From: Lama glama
Lineage: Eukaryota
Reading direction: 5' to 3'
DNA: 64,000 bases
Assembly (NCBI GenBank): GCA_028534125.1
Contig: CM052816.1
Coordinates: 80,478,001-80,542,000, forward strand
Shown here in pieces: positions 13,901 through 26,992 of the stretch (positions are counted from its first letter, which is position 1; each line of letters begins with the position of its first letter). The notes beneath the pieces were generated by a model. The model was not told the origin of the DNA. It saw nothing but the letters and a program-made list of their open reading frames with translations, and searched no databases. The translations under genes and the position numbers were made by a program.

Positions 13901-14994
13901 AATTACTGCAGTAATGAGGGAACCAGCAGATGACAAAGCTGATTCACAGGAGGACATGAGAAGCTAACGTGTATACAGCTAGTGAAGGAAAAAGAAAAGA
14001 CAACACTGCAATAAAGAAGAAACTGCAAGAAGATTGCTAGGTTGATTGATACCCAACTGGTTCATTTCCTACACAGCAATAAAAACAATAACTTTTGGGG
14101 CTACCTTATCTACTGGACAAAAAACATTTGTTGTTTATAAGTTTTCTACAAATTAGCATCTATCTTTGCATAGCTATAAAATGTGCCTGGCCCTTATCAA
14201 TGGTAAACAGTAAGCCTAGAGTCAGATAAACCTTGGGTGGGCTTGTTAGATAGCTCCCTGCGTGATAGCAGAGATTACTCGGTTATCTCTTTTTGCTTTT
14301 CTTCCAAGTTTTGGGTGATTTTTCTTCATAGTCCCTTGTGTGGTCATAAACAGTCTTCTAAGATTATTTTTGATCACAAAAAAGACTGGTCTCACTGTGT
14401 TTTGTGTTCTTTGCCTGATCCATTTACAGAGGAGCAGCACGTAGAACACATACCACCACCATTCTTGTTGTTCAGCCAACAAATCTACGGCCATGAGAAG
14501 CCAAGGAACTACAGAAGCCAGACAATCAGCTTTGGTCTGGAAAGTTTGTAAAGAATCCAGGATTGCATCTCAACTTCTATTATTCCAAAGATCATCTCCC
14601 CAAATGTTTATTTTAATCATTCTTATATGCTTATTAATTCCAAAGCGAGAGAAACAAATTTAAGAAATTCATCTCCACCCAGGTTTCACCCACAGTGCCT
14701 ACAACTGCATGTGAATTCTTTTCTCGAGGTCTTCCTCCTCCCCTGCAAATTGTTAAAGTTCCTTGGCTGCCAGAGAGTGATCCTCCTTACTGCCTATGAG
14801 TCCGGAAACCCTGTAAGCACATACCAATTTCCCAGCATGGCCTTGTAGACATTAGGCCCACAAATGACAATCAACTTTTGTTGTTTGTCGTATCAATGAC
14901 ATGAGTTTTAACTCTGGCATAACACTCCAGGTGTGGCCTAAGTTTACAAATCAATTTGCTCAACTACATCTCTGTTTAAAAAAAAGATTTTAAA

Positions 14995-15340
14995 AGATTT
15001 TTAGTATTTGATTTACAGTGTTGTATTAGTTTCTGGTGTATAGAATAGTGATTCAGTTAAAAAGAGTAAGTTTTTTTTTTCTATTGAAGTATAGTCAGTT
15101 ACAGCATGTCAGTTTCTGGTGTAGAGCATAATGTTTCAGTCATGTGTATATATATATATATACCTATATTCATTTTCATATTCTTTTTCATTAAAGGTTA
15201 TTACAAGGTATTGAACATAGTTCCCTGTGCTATACAGAAGAATTTTTTTTAATCAATTTTTGTATATAGTAGTTAATATTTGCAAATCTAAACTCCCAAA
15301 TTTATCCCTTCCCACCCCCTTTCCCTCCAGTAACGATAAC
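14995..15340 (-). mobile_element. Two tandem cetartiodactyl-type L1 3' ends
   Basis: gatttacagtgttgtattagtttctggtgta, followed by attgaagtatagtcagttaca...gttccctgtgctataca...tttatcccttcccaccc. Confidence 0.8.
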
Positions 15341-16055
15341 AGCAGTCTGTTCTTTGTTTTTTAGAAATCAAGGCCATACGAAGTCAGCAGAAAGCCCAAA
15401 AAATATTCTCAGGAGAAGCAAAATCTCTATTATCTGGACAAATTACAGAGAAGATGAATAATAAATTTTACTGCCTTTTGTTAAGAGCAGACTGTATACT
15501 CCAAGACTCATTTATCATTTTAATGGAAAGAACACTGCATTCTAATTTTGCGTTAATGTGATATTGGACAGTATAGAATTTATGAGCATTTTTAAAATGA
15601 AAATTGAACCAGCTTTGTCAGCCTTTTAAACAAATTTCTTCTTTTCAGTCTTAAGTTTGCAAGTTTTATAAACTAAGGCAAATAAAATTTCCTCTTCTGT
15701 GAACCTCCTGTATCCTGTTCCCATGCAGGTTTAAGATCAAATTATTTTCTTTTTTCATTAGCAAACCCAAACACAGCCCGTTATCTTGCATACATATATA
15801 CCTATTTATTTGGGACTCCTGTTCTCAGTGTAGTCTCAACCACTGATCTTAGGTACAACTTTTAACTAAGGTAATGTTTATTTCATAGTGAAAACTGGAA
15901 GGTAATATTTAAGAACTAACCCTCTGTTATGCAGAAACATCCTAACAAGCGAGCAAAATTCATAAACATAAATAACAAAACTTAACTACAGCCGCACACA
16001 CATGTTTTACACATACGCACATCGGGAGCTTGCAGCCTCAGTTCTACAACTCAGT

Positions 16056-16057
16056 GA

Positions 16058-16097
<40 letters not shown>

Positions 16098-16318
16098 AGG
16101 AAGGAAAGAAAGAAGGAAAGAAAGAAGGAAGGAAGGAAGGAAGGAAGGAAGGAAGGAAAGAAGGAAGGAAAGAAGGAAAGAAAGAAGGAAAGAAAGGGGG
16201 AGAGGGAGAGGGAGAGGGAGAGGAAGAGAGAGTGGAAGGAAGGAAGGAAGGAAAGTAAGAGAAGAGAAGAGAAGAGAAGAAAAGAAAAGAGGAGAAAAGA
16301 AAAGAGAAAGAAAGAGAA
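16056..16318 (+). repeat. Compound polypurine microsatellite (GAAA/GGAA/GAGAGG/GAAGA)n
   Basis: 263 bp with only two pyrimidines (T at 16233 and 16256). Confidence 0.98.
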
Positions 16319-18488
16319 TCCCTGCGAGTCTGCAGACCTTAAGAATGGATGATTACTCTACATTTTGAAAGGGGCTTTTCCCATCCTTCAGACCTAGCCT
16401 GCAAACAGCTGTGGACCATTACTTAATCAGACTTTCAGGTACAAACAAGTGATAGCACAACCAAAGTCCACACCCAGCTGCTTTTCTCTACCTGGCAGAC
16501 AGGTGCCCAGCCAAGTCACCTGAGCTCTCACCCTGGAAAGGAGATGCTTGTCAAACTAGATCTTTAAGACTCACTTTGAATGATGATAACCAGAATCACT
16601 AAACCATAACAATTTTTGGCAGGTCTCAGAAATACTTTTGCTTCTATTGACCAGTGGATTTTTGTCGTATAAACAGTGAGACTCCAATAGCTAATCACGT
16701 TGCCCTTTTCTCAGTAATGGCTAGAACTGAAGCCAGGTTTGTGGACCAAACAAAGCAAGGAAGAACAGAAGATAATAACTGGTTTTTTAATTAGTCTCAT
16801 CATTTTCCACTCATTTTATCTTCTTCCTCTTGTTTTTCTTTCCTTCTTGCTGTTTTCTAGTGGAAGTTATCTGGCCATAGTGTCTACTGGGGAGGCACAT
16901 TAACTCCTTTGTGAAATAAACAGGGTTTAGACATGTATCAAACAAACTCCCAGACTGGATCCATTTCCAAATTTCTGTTTGTGATGTCCTTATAGTTTTG
17001 AGGCTCAAAAGTGCTTTAGAATGAACAGGAAACAGTCGTTGTAGCTTTAAATCTGTATTCTCAAAAAACTCTTCCCCAAACTGATAACGACATTATTTTG
17101 TATGTTGATGGTTTCTGTTTCTGCTTGCCTAGAACTTGATTTCCTCAGCAGTGAGCTAATAGGACTTGCTGCTGCTGCTGACTGGACACATCCACATACA
17201 ATAAATCTTGATAAACAGTATGCGCTGAGGGGTATAAGTATAGTTCCCTGATTGGCCCTTTTGGTAATACTGATTGTTCCCTTTGTTGAATTTCACGCTA
17301 TGAATCAAGCTCGTAAGCTCTAGGTGGAAAGCATCTCCATAGTTTCAGAAACATCAGTTCAGAAGCTTAAGGCCTCAGAGTATGTGCCTTCCACAGTTAC
17401 AAATCTGGTGTGGGATTTGGGTATTTGACTTAGTATTTGTTTAAAATCAAGTCCCAAATTTATTTTAAAGTGAGGCCACGCTGCAGGAGTCTAGCCAGAG
17501 CCCCATGTTCTGCGATGACCTGAATTCCTGTTGGGGCCCGGCCATGACCCAGCCAGTGGTCCACAGGCAACTTTGTGATCTTAAGGACCAGATGTTGAGT
17601 TGAAGGAGCCAAAGTCCCAGGGTGCAGCGGGAAGATGCTGTATTAGCTTACCTCATCTGGATCCATCTCTTTGTACCAGAGGGACTCAGTGGGCTCAAGA
17701 AGAATGAGGTTTGATTTGAGAGGCCAAGCTATTTCATCTTTGCCAGTTTATTACACGAATTATCACAGCTTCTCATCTAAGTCAGTGATCTTGGACTTGG
17801 CCTTGTCTCTGTCCTTTACCTCGTCAATTCTCATTGATTCTTTTCCCCACTTCTGGCTCTCCTAAAACCTATGGTACCTTCTTCACTCACAGTCACACTT
17901 GCCTGAATCCAGGAGGCTTAGTGCTACAAGCGCATCCTGTCCCTGCAAGAGGCAGTTCTGCTACAAAGATGAGGAGTTCATGACTTTCTTTTCACAACCT
18001 GCTTTCCCTCCTCTGCCATTCTTTTCCATCCCCAAACTTTTATCGTCATCTGTATTTGAAGCCTTCCTTTCAAGAGCATTTGAAAACATTCTTTCTCTCT
18101 GGAGTGGTATGTAACTTTGGGGGACATGTTGAGAACTGCTCTCATCATTCAGAGCCCAATTTACTATTAATTGACAGGGAGTCTTTTAGGTTTTCTATCC
18201 AGTTTCTATTTACTTGATTAACTATTAATAGAAGTAGGTAACATTCATTAAATTTTTACAATGTGCCAGCTACTGCAATAGGTTTTTAATCAGCTCTTTA
18301 ATGGTTATAATAATTCCATAAGCTAAATTCCGATCTGGTCCCAATTTACAGATGAGGAAACGGAGGCAGAGAGAATTCAAGTAAATTATCCAGAGTCACT
18401 CAGGAGTTACTAAGAAGCAATGCTAATTTGACTTTGAAACTCTGTATGTAAACATCATTCTATGCCCAAAACTAGATTAAGATATTGA

Positions 18489-18707
18489 ATTAGGAGTTTG
18501 GGAGTAACATGTACACACTACTAAATATAAAGTAGATAAACAGCAGGGACCTACTGTATAGCACGGGGAACTATATTCAATCACTTTTAATAATCTATAA
18601 TGGAAAAGAATCTGAAAAAGAATAGATATATATGTGTATAAAAACCACTTTGTGTACACCTGAAACTAACACAACATTGTGAATCAATTATACTTCAATT
18701 AAAAGAA
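18489..18707 (+). mobile_element. 5'-truncated cetartiodactyl L1 3' end with TSD
   Basis: gggacctactgtatagcacggggaactatattcaat...tacttcaattaaaa, flanked by aagatattga / aagatactga. Confidence 0.88.
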
Positions 18708-19759
18708 AAGATACTGATCTCTGTTATGCACATGTCCGCAGGGTCACTCCATCTCTCCAGGGTCCATTATGTTCTCTATTTTAAGTAGTATTTTTAACTC
18801 TTGAGTTTCGGAAGATAATATATACTACAATTCTAACCCTGTTGACATTTTCAGAGAGGAGACGGTTAGAGCAGAAAGGGAGACATTATGATGTTCACTA
18901 ATTTTTGTGATTAGTTTTACAAAGTAACTTGGCAAAGCCTTCTGTGGGAGGATGTTGCCGTGTATCTGTTGACACAATTCCATTCTTTTGGAGACTGACG
19001 GTAGGGAGTGGTGCTTGGAGCATGTAATATATTTGGAAAGGCACCGAAGTCTGGTTGTGTAGCACTGACCCCTGGTCCTGGAGGCCTGGCTGGGCCAGCT
19101 GAGCCTAGCAGGGGCTTTAATTTAGAATTTCCTGAGCCACTTGTGGATTCAACCTATAGCCTTGGCTTCTTGAGTCCATGCTCCAGTGGCAGTAATTGGA
19201 TTCAGGATTATTTCTATATGCCGAGTCTCTGGCTCTCTTTATGATGATGGTTGGCGTTTAGACCTGAGTGAATAAGCAGAAAGTTGATCTGATCAGTGAT
19301 TTAACAGGCTACTTGAGACTTCCAGAGGTGTTTTTTTTTTTAAAGAAAGTCTTTAAGAATAATATTGAAGTAATACCAGTTATTAATTCCTAGTATGTGT
19401 ACATAGAATGGTCATACCTATTGTATCCTTGAATTACCATAATTGCCAGAGGAAGTGACAGGACACATAATTTTAATCCCATTTCAGAGATGAAGAATTA
19501 ACCTCAGAGAGTTCAAGAGACTTTTCCAGTGTCAAATGCTTGGGATCAGAATATAAGACCCCTAGTTTGTAGGAATTACTCTTTTTATTACACTTTTTTC
19601 AGACTTTTTTGTTTTGTTTGTGTTTATGTATTATTTTCATGGTAGACTGAGTCCACTTATGGCCGCAAATTTTGATCTCTTTCTGTATCCACGTCTTGGG
19701 CTGTGTCCCTGAAGTCTCTCTCACCTTCTTTTCTGAGTACGCCTTTGTGTGTAGCTCTA

Positions 19760-21502
19760 ACTTTTAAAGTCATAATTATATTCCAAAAATTCGAACAAAA
19801 GAGAAAGAATTAAAATCAACTAGGATGTAGGGGAAATCAAAATGGAATACAAGCAGCAGCAAATGAAACTAGCTCTATTATAAATGAATAACATAACCAC
19901 AGTGAAGTAAGTGGAGAAGAAAAGAACTAACCTAAGAAATAGTGTTTTAACTGTGTTGTAAGGCTAAAAACCAAAACCAAATACACAAACATAGTATTCT
20001 AGTTAGTAAGTTTGTTTTACACAGGGGTACAGGTTAGCAGATCTGAAACTACCTTACATGTACTGGAGGACTGAGCAGATAAGTAAATATATTGTGGATA
20101 ACAAGAATCAGGTTTCCCAGGGGTAGAGAAAGAAGTTATAAACAACATAAGCAACAACAAATAAAAATAGAGAGGCTAAAATAAGCCCTGTGACTTTGGC
20201 TACCCAGAGGTATCAGTATGAACTCATGGTTTTTAAGAAATACGTAGATGGATGGATCGGTGGAAGGATGGAATGATAGATAGACAGATTGACATAGACG
20301 TTGACATAGAGGTGTGCATATATACGAGTGTTTACATATACTTCCTACCTTTATCTGATTAGAGGGCTTAGAAACAGTGACACCCTAGTAGCAACAAGCA
20401 CATCTAGCATCCAGATCTTGGTTTCTAATACCATTTTCCATCAAAGAACCTGGGTTTGTTGGTGAAGTGGTTGATTCCATGTCTAGGGCAAGGAAAATAC
20501 AAGATAAGCTTGGATCATCTTATGGTGCCAGAAAGCAAGGAAGTACTTGAAAATGTTGGATATATTGAAAGTACACAGAGCCAACTTGAAAAAATTCCCA
20601 ATGGCCAAAACTGGGACAATTTAAGCAACAAAATGGATGCTGATCGTATTGGATTATAACCCATAGAATAAATATTCGTAAGTCCAAAATGTTATAAATA
20701 AATAATTGAAAAATGGTGGTGAAGGGGCAAACTTTTCCTTACTGTAAAATTCCAATTAATAAATGTGGATGGAGTGATGGAAATAGAAAATCACTATTTA
20801 TCAGAGCAATCATTGTTGCAGGCAAGAATCACCAGTGTTCGCTAATTAGCAGGTGAAAGTATGATGAGAAACAAGATATTTCTGTAACTTCAAAGTATCT
20901 CCTTACAAAATACGTATTGATGACTAAGGGACAAATAGGAACTTTACAGTGGAGACATCTGGCAGATACCACCCTAACCAGGTGATGAATGCATCATCAA
21001 TAATGAGGTACATTGATATCATCTGATTCTTCATCTGAAGCACTGAAAAGTGCATGGCATCATGGCTGTGGTATTTTTGCCCCAAATCATAATCTAATTT
21101 AATCCTGAAGAAGCCAGACAAACCCAAGTTGAGGGTTATTATTATACAAATGACTGGCCAGTTCTCTTCAAAAGTATCATGGTCATGAAAGACAAAACCA
21201 GAGCCAGGTTTGAGGACACTGAAGAAACATGACAACTAAATGCAATGTGGGATTCTGTATCAGAGCCTACAGTAGATGGAGAAAAGTAATTGGACCTGGG
21301 CAAAACTTGATACGGTCTATAGAGTAACGGTAACAGTATTGTATGTCAATGTTAATTTCCTGGCTTTGACAGTTGTCTTGTGGTCAGGTAAGATGTTAAC
21401 ACATGGGGGAAGCTGGGTGAAGGGTATATGGTAACTGCTTGTACTTTTTTGCAGATGTTTTAGAAATCTGAAGTTATTTCTAAATGAAAGTTAAAAAAAA
21501 AA
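19760..21502 (+). mobile_element. Old L1 (L1MC4/L1ME-like) long 3' UTR
   Basis: Ends ...gggaagctgggtgaagggtatatgg...gaaatctgaagttatttctaaatgaaagtt followed by poly(A). 5' boundary approximate. Confidence 0.8.
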
Positions 21503-22515
21503 ACCAAACAGATGCAATTGCTGCCCTCAGATGTGTCCCTGCTGTCAAAAACACAATCTAGTGGTGGAGATGGACGTTCATGTAAAAACACTCAAATAAA
21601 TGTAAAATCACACATGTGTTAAGTGCTCCAAAAGTTAGCACATAGTGGGGTGAGACACATTTATGGGGGACTTAATTCTCGCTAGAGAGAAGGGGACATT
21701 CGAGCTGGGATCTGAAGGAAGACTGGGAGTCAGTAAGATGAAGGAGGAAGGAAGGAGACTTCCAGGCAGAACTAACACCATATACAGTGGCTCTATGGCA
21801 AGAAAGAGCAGGGCACAATCGAGAAATCAAAATAAGTCTGGTGGGGCTGGAGTTCAGAGAGTGCGGAGCAAAGGAAGGAGGTGGGCTGGAGAATTAGGTG
21901 GGCAGGAGAAAAGACAGACTGGGGTGGTTTCAAGTGGAGAATGTGGGGTTCAGGGAAGGAGGAGTTACCAGTTTTTGAGCACTTTTTATATACCAGCTTC
22001 TGTGCTAGACCCAGCCCTGAAGCAGAGGCTGCCATTAGCCTTCTTTTGCAGATGGTAAAGTTAAATCACTTGCCAGCAACATTTCGAAACTGCAGATCTC
22101 AGCTCATTGGTTCTACTGAACCAGCATCAACACCAGGTTCTCCAGACCTCAAGAGTACCATGAGAAAGTGCTAGGGAAACTGTGATTTCAAAGGAAATGC
22201 ATAGTTAGTTCATGAAAGAAAGCAGCTGTCACCTAGGAGAGCTTGTGGTGACGGAGGTGACAAGCAGAAACAGTGCCAGTCACCGCTCACATGCGCTTTT
22301 AGCATGGCTTTGGTACTGGGTGAGTCGGCTCACTGGAAGCCCATTGTGAAGTTGACTCTTCTTTATCCAGAACTGTTAGTCGATAAGGGGTTCAGGGAAA
22401 TTGTGCCTTCTGTTTGACTTAACTCTCTTGTCATGCCACCCCACAGCCTCAATGTTTAAAAACATAGAAGGTGATAGAATATATTCAGCAGAAGAAAGAT
22501 GGACACGAGAATTTC

Positions 22516-22606
22516 TTTTTTTTTTTACCTTAATGTAGGTGCTGGCGATTGAACCCTGGACTTTGTGCATGCTAAGCATGTGCTCTACCACCAAGCTATA
22601 CTCACC
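22516..22606 (-). mobile_element. tRNA-derived SINE (camelid Vic-1-like), short form
   Basis: Reverse strand has A box (tagcttggtgg), B box (ggttcaatcg) and poly(A); decayed TSD acgagaatttct / acaaggatttct. Confidence 0.85.
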
Positions 22607-24099
22607 TGAACAAGGATTTCTATGATGATTGAGAAAGCATGTGTAGATCTTCACAGACTCATGATCACTATCAGTGCCTTGCCATTACCTTAGCAAAAGA
22701 AAGAGTATCCTGTAGTGAAGCTGGGCTGATTCTGGAACAAATGCTGGAAGTTGCTGTATATAAATGATTGATATCAGTGCCTTTATCATTTGGCCAATTC
22801 TCTTTCTCTTGTTTAAAAAAAAAGTCTAAGGGGAAAATGATGTCCTCATTATGTATCTGATTGAACTTGCTGCTTGTTAAGTTTCTGTCATCGTCACAGT
22901 CATTAAGTGTCGTGTTAATAACACTTCTTCTGTTGGGCTTGTTATGGGAGACTTTAATCTGTCTGTTTTAGCCATCTGTGACTACCCAGAAAATCCATTT
23001 GACCTAGTGCATGCACTACAAAATCTTTAAAAGTTTGCGCTTAGTGCTTGTCACTCTCCTTTGAGTTGGCATGAATGGGAAACTTGAAAAAGGAAAATGA
23101 CAGGGTTGTTTTGGGTTTTGTGGCTGGTATGGGGGATTTTCTGTCTTCATTTAAAATGGCTTAAGTCCATTTAAGACTATGGGAAAGGCATTGTGCTAAT
23201 GATTATGTGGTTAGATTTTATCCCAAGTTAAGTCTCCAGTTGGCAACAGAGCCCGGGATTAGAGTCCCTGTCCCACATGCCAGCTCTGAATGTGGTTTTT
23301 CGGAACATTGAGGCTGTGGGTTTGTTCCCAATTTATAGGGCAATCTGAGAATCTCAGAGCTTTTTAATTTTGTGTAATTTTATTCTATATTTTTAACTTG
23401 TAAAATCTGAGACGAGCTTCTCAGTAATTCTAGACATCCAGATTTGAGTAAAGTCTTACTGATTCAGACCTGCTCCCAGGGGCTACACTGGGACAGGGAG
23501 GAGGGATGGGGTTGTCAATGCCACTTCAAGGGAAGCTCAGAAGAGGTAAGTGAACACTTCATGGCCCATAATGGATACAGCTGGAGCTCGTTGGGTCATA
23601 CTTAATAAAAGGACAAGCCGGGCAGTCACAGGCCCAGCTATAAAGAAAGAAAGAGAACAGATTTTGGAAGAGAGCAGGAGCCTTGCCTCACCAGCGAAAC
23701 CAGAAGAGGAGGAGGGTTCTAAAGGTGGTTGGATGATGGGAAACAGAACCTGGAGAGATTCTGCCAGCAGGTGACAGCCAGCGAGGCCTCTTCTAGGCTG
23801 ATTGTATTTGATTGACTTCATCTTACGTGTTTTTATTTCTTTATGCACACGTCTCTAATTCCCCACACCTGAGTGCTGCTGTGATTGTGGGCACCTTCCC
23901 TGTGCCTCCTCCGCTTCCGCTTCCGTTCCTCAGCGGTTGCTTTTCTTGGTGCTAAGTTCACTCAAGATCAGGCGCTTGGCAGGGCTGTCTGAGCCAGAGG
24001 AGTAGAGGTGAGTCACTGACTCTGGACTAGGAGTTGGGAGATTGAGGTTTAGTTTCTGCTTTTGCTGCTGCTATGTGAGCTTGGACAAGTCATTTCTAT

Positions 24100-25198
24100 T
24101 ATTTTAGTAAAATTGTATTGAGACAATTGCAGATTCACATGTAGTTGTTAAATATAATAGAAAGAGATCCCTTGTACCCTTCATCCAGTTTTCCCCAACA
24201 TTAACATCTTGCAAAACGATAGGACAGTATCACAATCAGGGCGATGACATGGACATAATCCGCGTTGACCTTGTTCATGTTTTCCGCCTTTTCCTTGTGC
24301 CCAGATGTGTGTGTGTGTGTTTGTGTGTAGGTATCATTAGTTCTACGCAATTTTATCACACGAGTTGTTTCATGAATCCACTGATGCAGTCAGGATACTG
24401 AATAGTTCCATCCCCAGAAGTATCCCTCATGTTCTTCTATAACCATACCCACCTCCCTCCTATGCTCCCCACCCCTTATTCGTAAACTCTGGCAACCACT
24501 AATCTGTTCTAAAATTTTTTCATTTCAAAATGTGCTATAAATGGAATCATACAATATGTAACCTTTGGGGACTGGCTTTTTTCACTTAGCATAACTCCCT
24601 AGGCATTCATCCAAGTGTTGTGTGTGTCAGCAGTTTGCTCCATTTTTATTACTGAATAGTATTCTGTGGTGTGTATGCACCATAACTTGTTTAACCATTC
24701 CCCTGTTGAAGGACAGCTGGCCTGTACCTAGTTACTGGTTTTTGGGTGGACGTTAAGTGGTCATTTCTGTAGGATAAATGCCCATGAATACAATTGCTGG
24801 GTTATGTGTTAATTGTGTGCATAGTTTTCTAAGAAATGATCACAAACTGTTTTCCGGAGCAGCTTCCTCATTTTACATTCCCACCAGCAGTGTATGAGTG
24901 GTCCATTTGTTCTACATCCAATATCACAATGGTGATAGTGCTTCTATTTTTAATTTTAGCCATTCTTATAGGTATGTTGTGTTGGTTTTAATTTGCATCT
25001 CGCTGATAGGTAATGATGTTGGATATCTTTTCATGTGTTTTTTGGGCTTTCTGTATATTTTCTTCAGTGAAATGTTTGTTCCTGTCTTTTGCTCATTTTT
25101 AATTTGATTTCTGGTGGCTTTTTTTTTTTTAAGTTTCTGTTGAGTTTTGAGAATTCTTTAGATATTCTTGATACCAGTCTTCTGTTAGATATGTGGTC
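24100..25198 (-). mobile_element. L1MC-like LINE 3' fragment
   Basis: gagacaattgcagattcacatgtagttg..., cattttacattcccaccagcagtgtatgag, ttttaatttgcatctc. Confidence 0.88.
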
Positions 25199-25594
25199 TG
25201 TCAGCATTGATGAATGGACTGTAGCCCCAGGTCAGGGAAGATGGTCACTAAGGGCAGGACCTGCCAGGCTGCAGTCAAAGGTTCGGGAAAGGCCCAGGGA
25301 AAGAACTTTTTAACTTATGTTATTGTGAAACCTCATTTCACTGGAAAGTTTTGGAAGATGATATTTCTGGCTAATTAAAATGTTAATTAAAGCTGATTTA
25401 GCAAAGACTTACTTTGATCACCTCACCTGTTGAAATGTTAATGCCTTAATAAGCACACTTTAGTGATCTGTAAACAGTGATTGGTAACTGAGTTTCTTAG
25501 GACCTACAGGTGGGACCTATTGATGTAGCGACAGAAAATACAGGAGATTGGGTGGATCTGGGTCAACATTCACCATCTAACATGGAAGTTCCTT

Positions 25595-26048
25595 TTTTTA
25601 GTTTATTTTTTACACTGTGGTAAAATATGTCTAACAGAAAATGTACCATTTAAACTATTTTAAGTGTACATTTCAGTGACCTTAAGTACATTTATTCATT
25701 GTTATGGAACCATCACCAATATTGATCTGAACTTTTTCATCTTCCCAAACTGAAACTCCGAACCGAACTGATTAAACAATAGCTCCTCATACTTTCCCTC
25801 CCCTGCCAGCCCTTGGCAACCACCATTCTATTATCTGTCTCTGTGAATTTGACTCCTCCAGGTGCCTCATGTAAGAGGAATCATACAGTATTTGTCCCCT
25901 TGTGACTGGCTGTTTCACTTAGCATAATGTCCTCAAGCTTGATTCATGTTTTAACGTATGTCTGAATACCGTTCCTTTTTAAGGCTAATAATAGTCCATT
26001 GTATGTATATATAGCATTTTATTATCTACTCAGTCTGTCAATGGATAG
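25595..26048 (-). mobile_element. L1MB-like LINE 3' fragment
   Basis: cttggcaaccaccattcta...ggaatcatacagtatttgtcc...tttcacttagcataatgtcctcaag. Confidence 0.88.
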
Positions 26049-26075
26049 GAAGTTCTTTTTAAAATAAATCTCAGA

Positions 26076-26208
26076 GGGGAGGTTATAGCTCAGTGGTAGA
26101 GTGCGTGCTTAGCATGCATGAGGTTTTGGGCTCAATTCCTAGTATCTCCGCTTAAAAATAAATAAACAAACCTAATTACCACCCCCTCCAAAAGAAACAA
26201 AACAAAAC
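26076..26208 (+). mobile_element. tRNA-derived SINE (camelid Vic-1-like) with 14-bp TSD
   Basis: ggggaggttatagctcagtggtagagtgcgtgcttagcatgcatgagg head and A-rich tail; TSD aaaataaatctcag (26061-26074) / aaagtaaatctcag (26209-26222). Confidence 0.92.
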
Positions 26209-26667
26209 AAAGTAAATCTCAGTGTTAGAATTTACTCATCTGTCTCTCTTGAAAAAAAGAGTATGGAATAACAATGGGTAAAAATTATTTGCTTCTGAGT
26301 GTTGCTTCCTCATCACTTTGCTCTAGTAGGTGAGGAACTAAGATATTTTGCAAGGTGAGGACAGGGATAAGCTGCCAGGTTGGTTAAAGTCATGGCTTTC
26401 TCCTACCAGTGGAATTAAATAAGCCTTATCTGAAAACAAGAAGAACTTGAGTTTTGACCTATTATAAACAGCATATCTTTAGTTGCAAATAGGATTGAGG
26501 AAAACAAAATAACACTTGCTGTGACTCGGTATGCCTGGCGCTCATGCCACATTCTAAATTATTCCTTCCTTCCTGCAATTCTGTGAGTCAGACTTCAGAC
26601 AAAAACAGCAATAATAGTGAAAAGACTCTGGATTAATATGTAAATACTTCGAGCTTTAAACAAGTAC

Positions 26668-26992
26668 TAAGCAATACAAATAGAACATGAGCCACAAAGG
26701 CAAGTCACATATGTAATTCTCAGTTTTCTAGCAGCCAAGAAAATACAAGAGAAAACATTTTTTAAATGAAATTAATTTCAATGATTTACTTAGCCCAAGA
26801 TATCTGGAATATTATTTTGACGTGTAATCAATGTAAATTGTTAATGTGACAGTTTACATTCTTTTTTTCCCCCTACCAAGTCTTTGAAATTCCAGCATGT
26901 GTTTTACATTTACCGCCCATTGCAGTTTTGACTTGGCAGATTTCAAGTGCTTGATCACTGCATGTGGCTGGTGGCTGTGTGTTGTCCTGTGC
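26668..26992 (+). mobile_element. MER33-like hAT-Charlie DNA transposon
   Basis: cacatatgtaatt...ttttctagcagcca...tttcaagtgct...catgtggctggtggct. Confidence 0.8.

Noticed and set aside
16002..16368. K/E/R-rich ORFs of 116 and 112 aa
   Set aside because: Translations of the purine microsatellite, which has almost no T and so cannot form stop codons.
26076..26150. tRNA-like sequence (also 22535-22606, minus strand)
   Set aside because: A-rich tail, TSDs and a degenerate cloverleaf identify these as SINEs, not tRNA genes.
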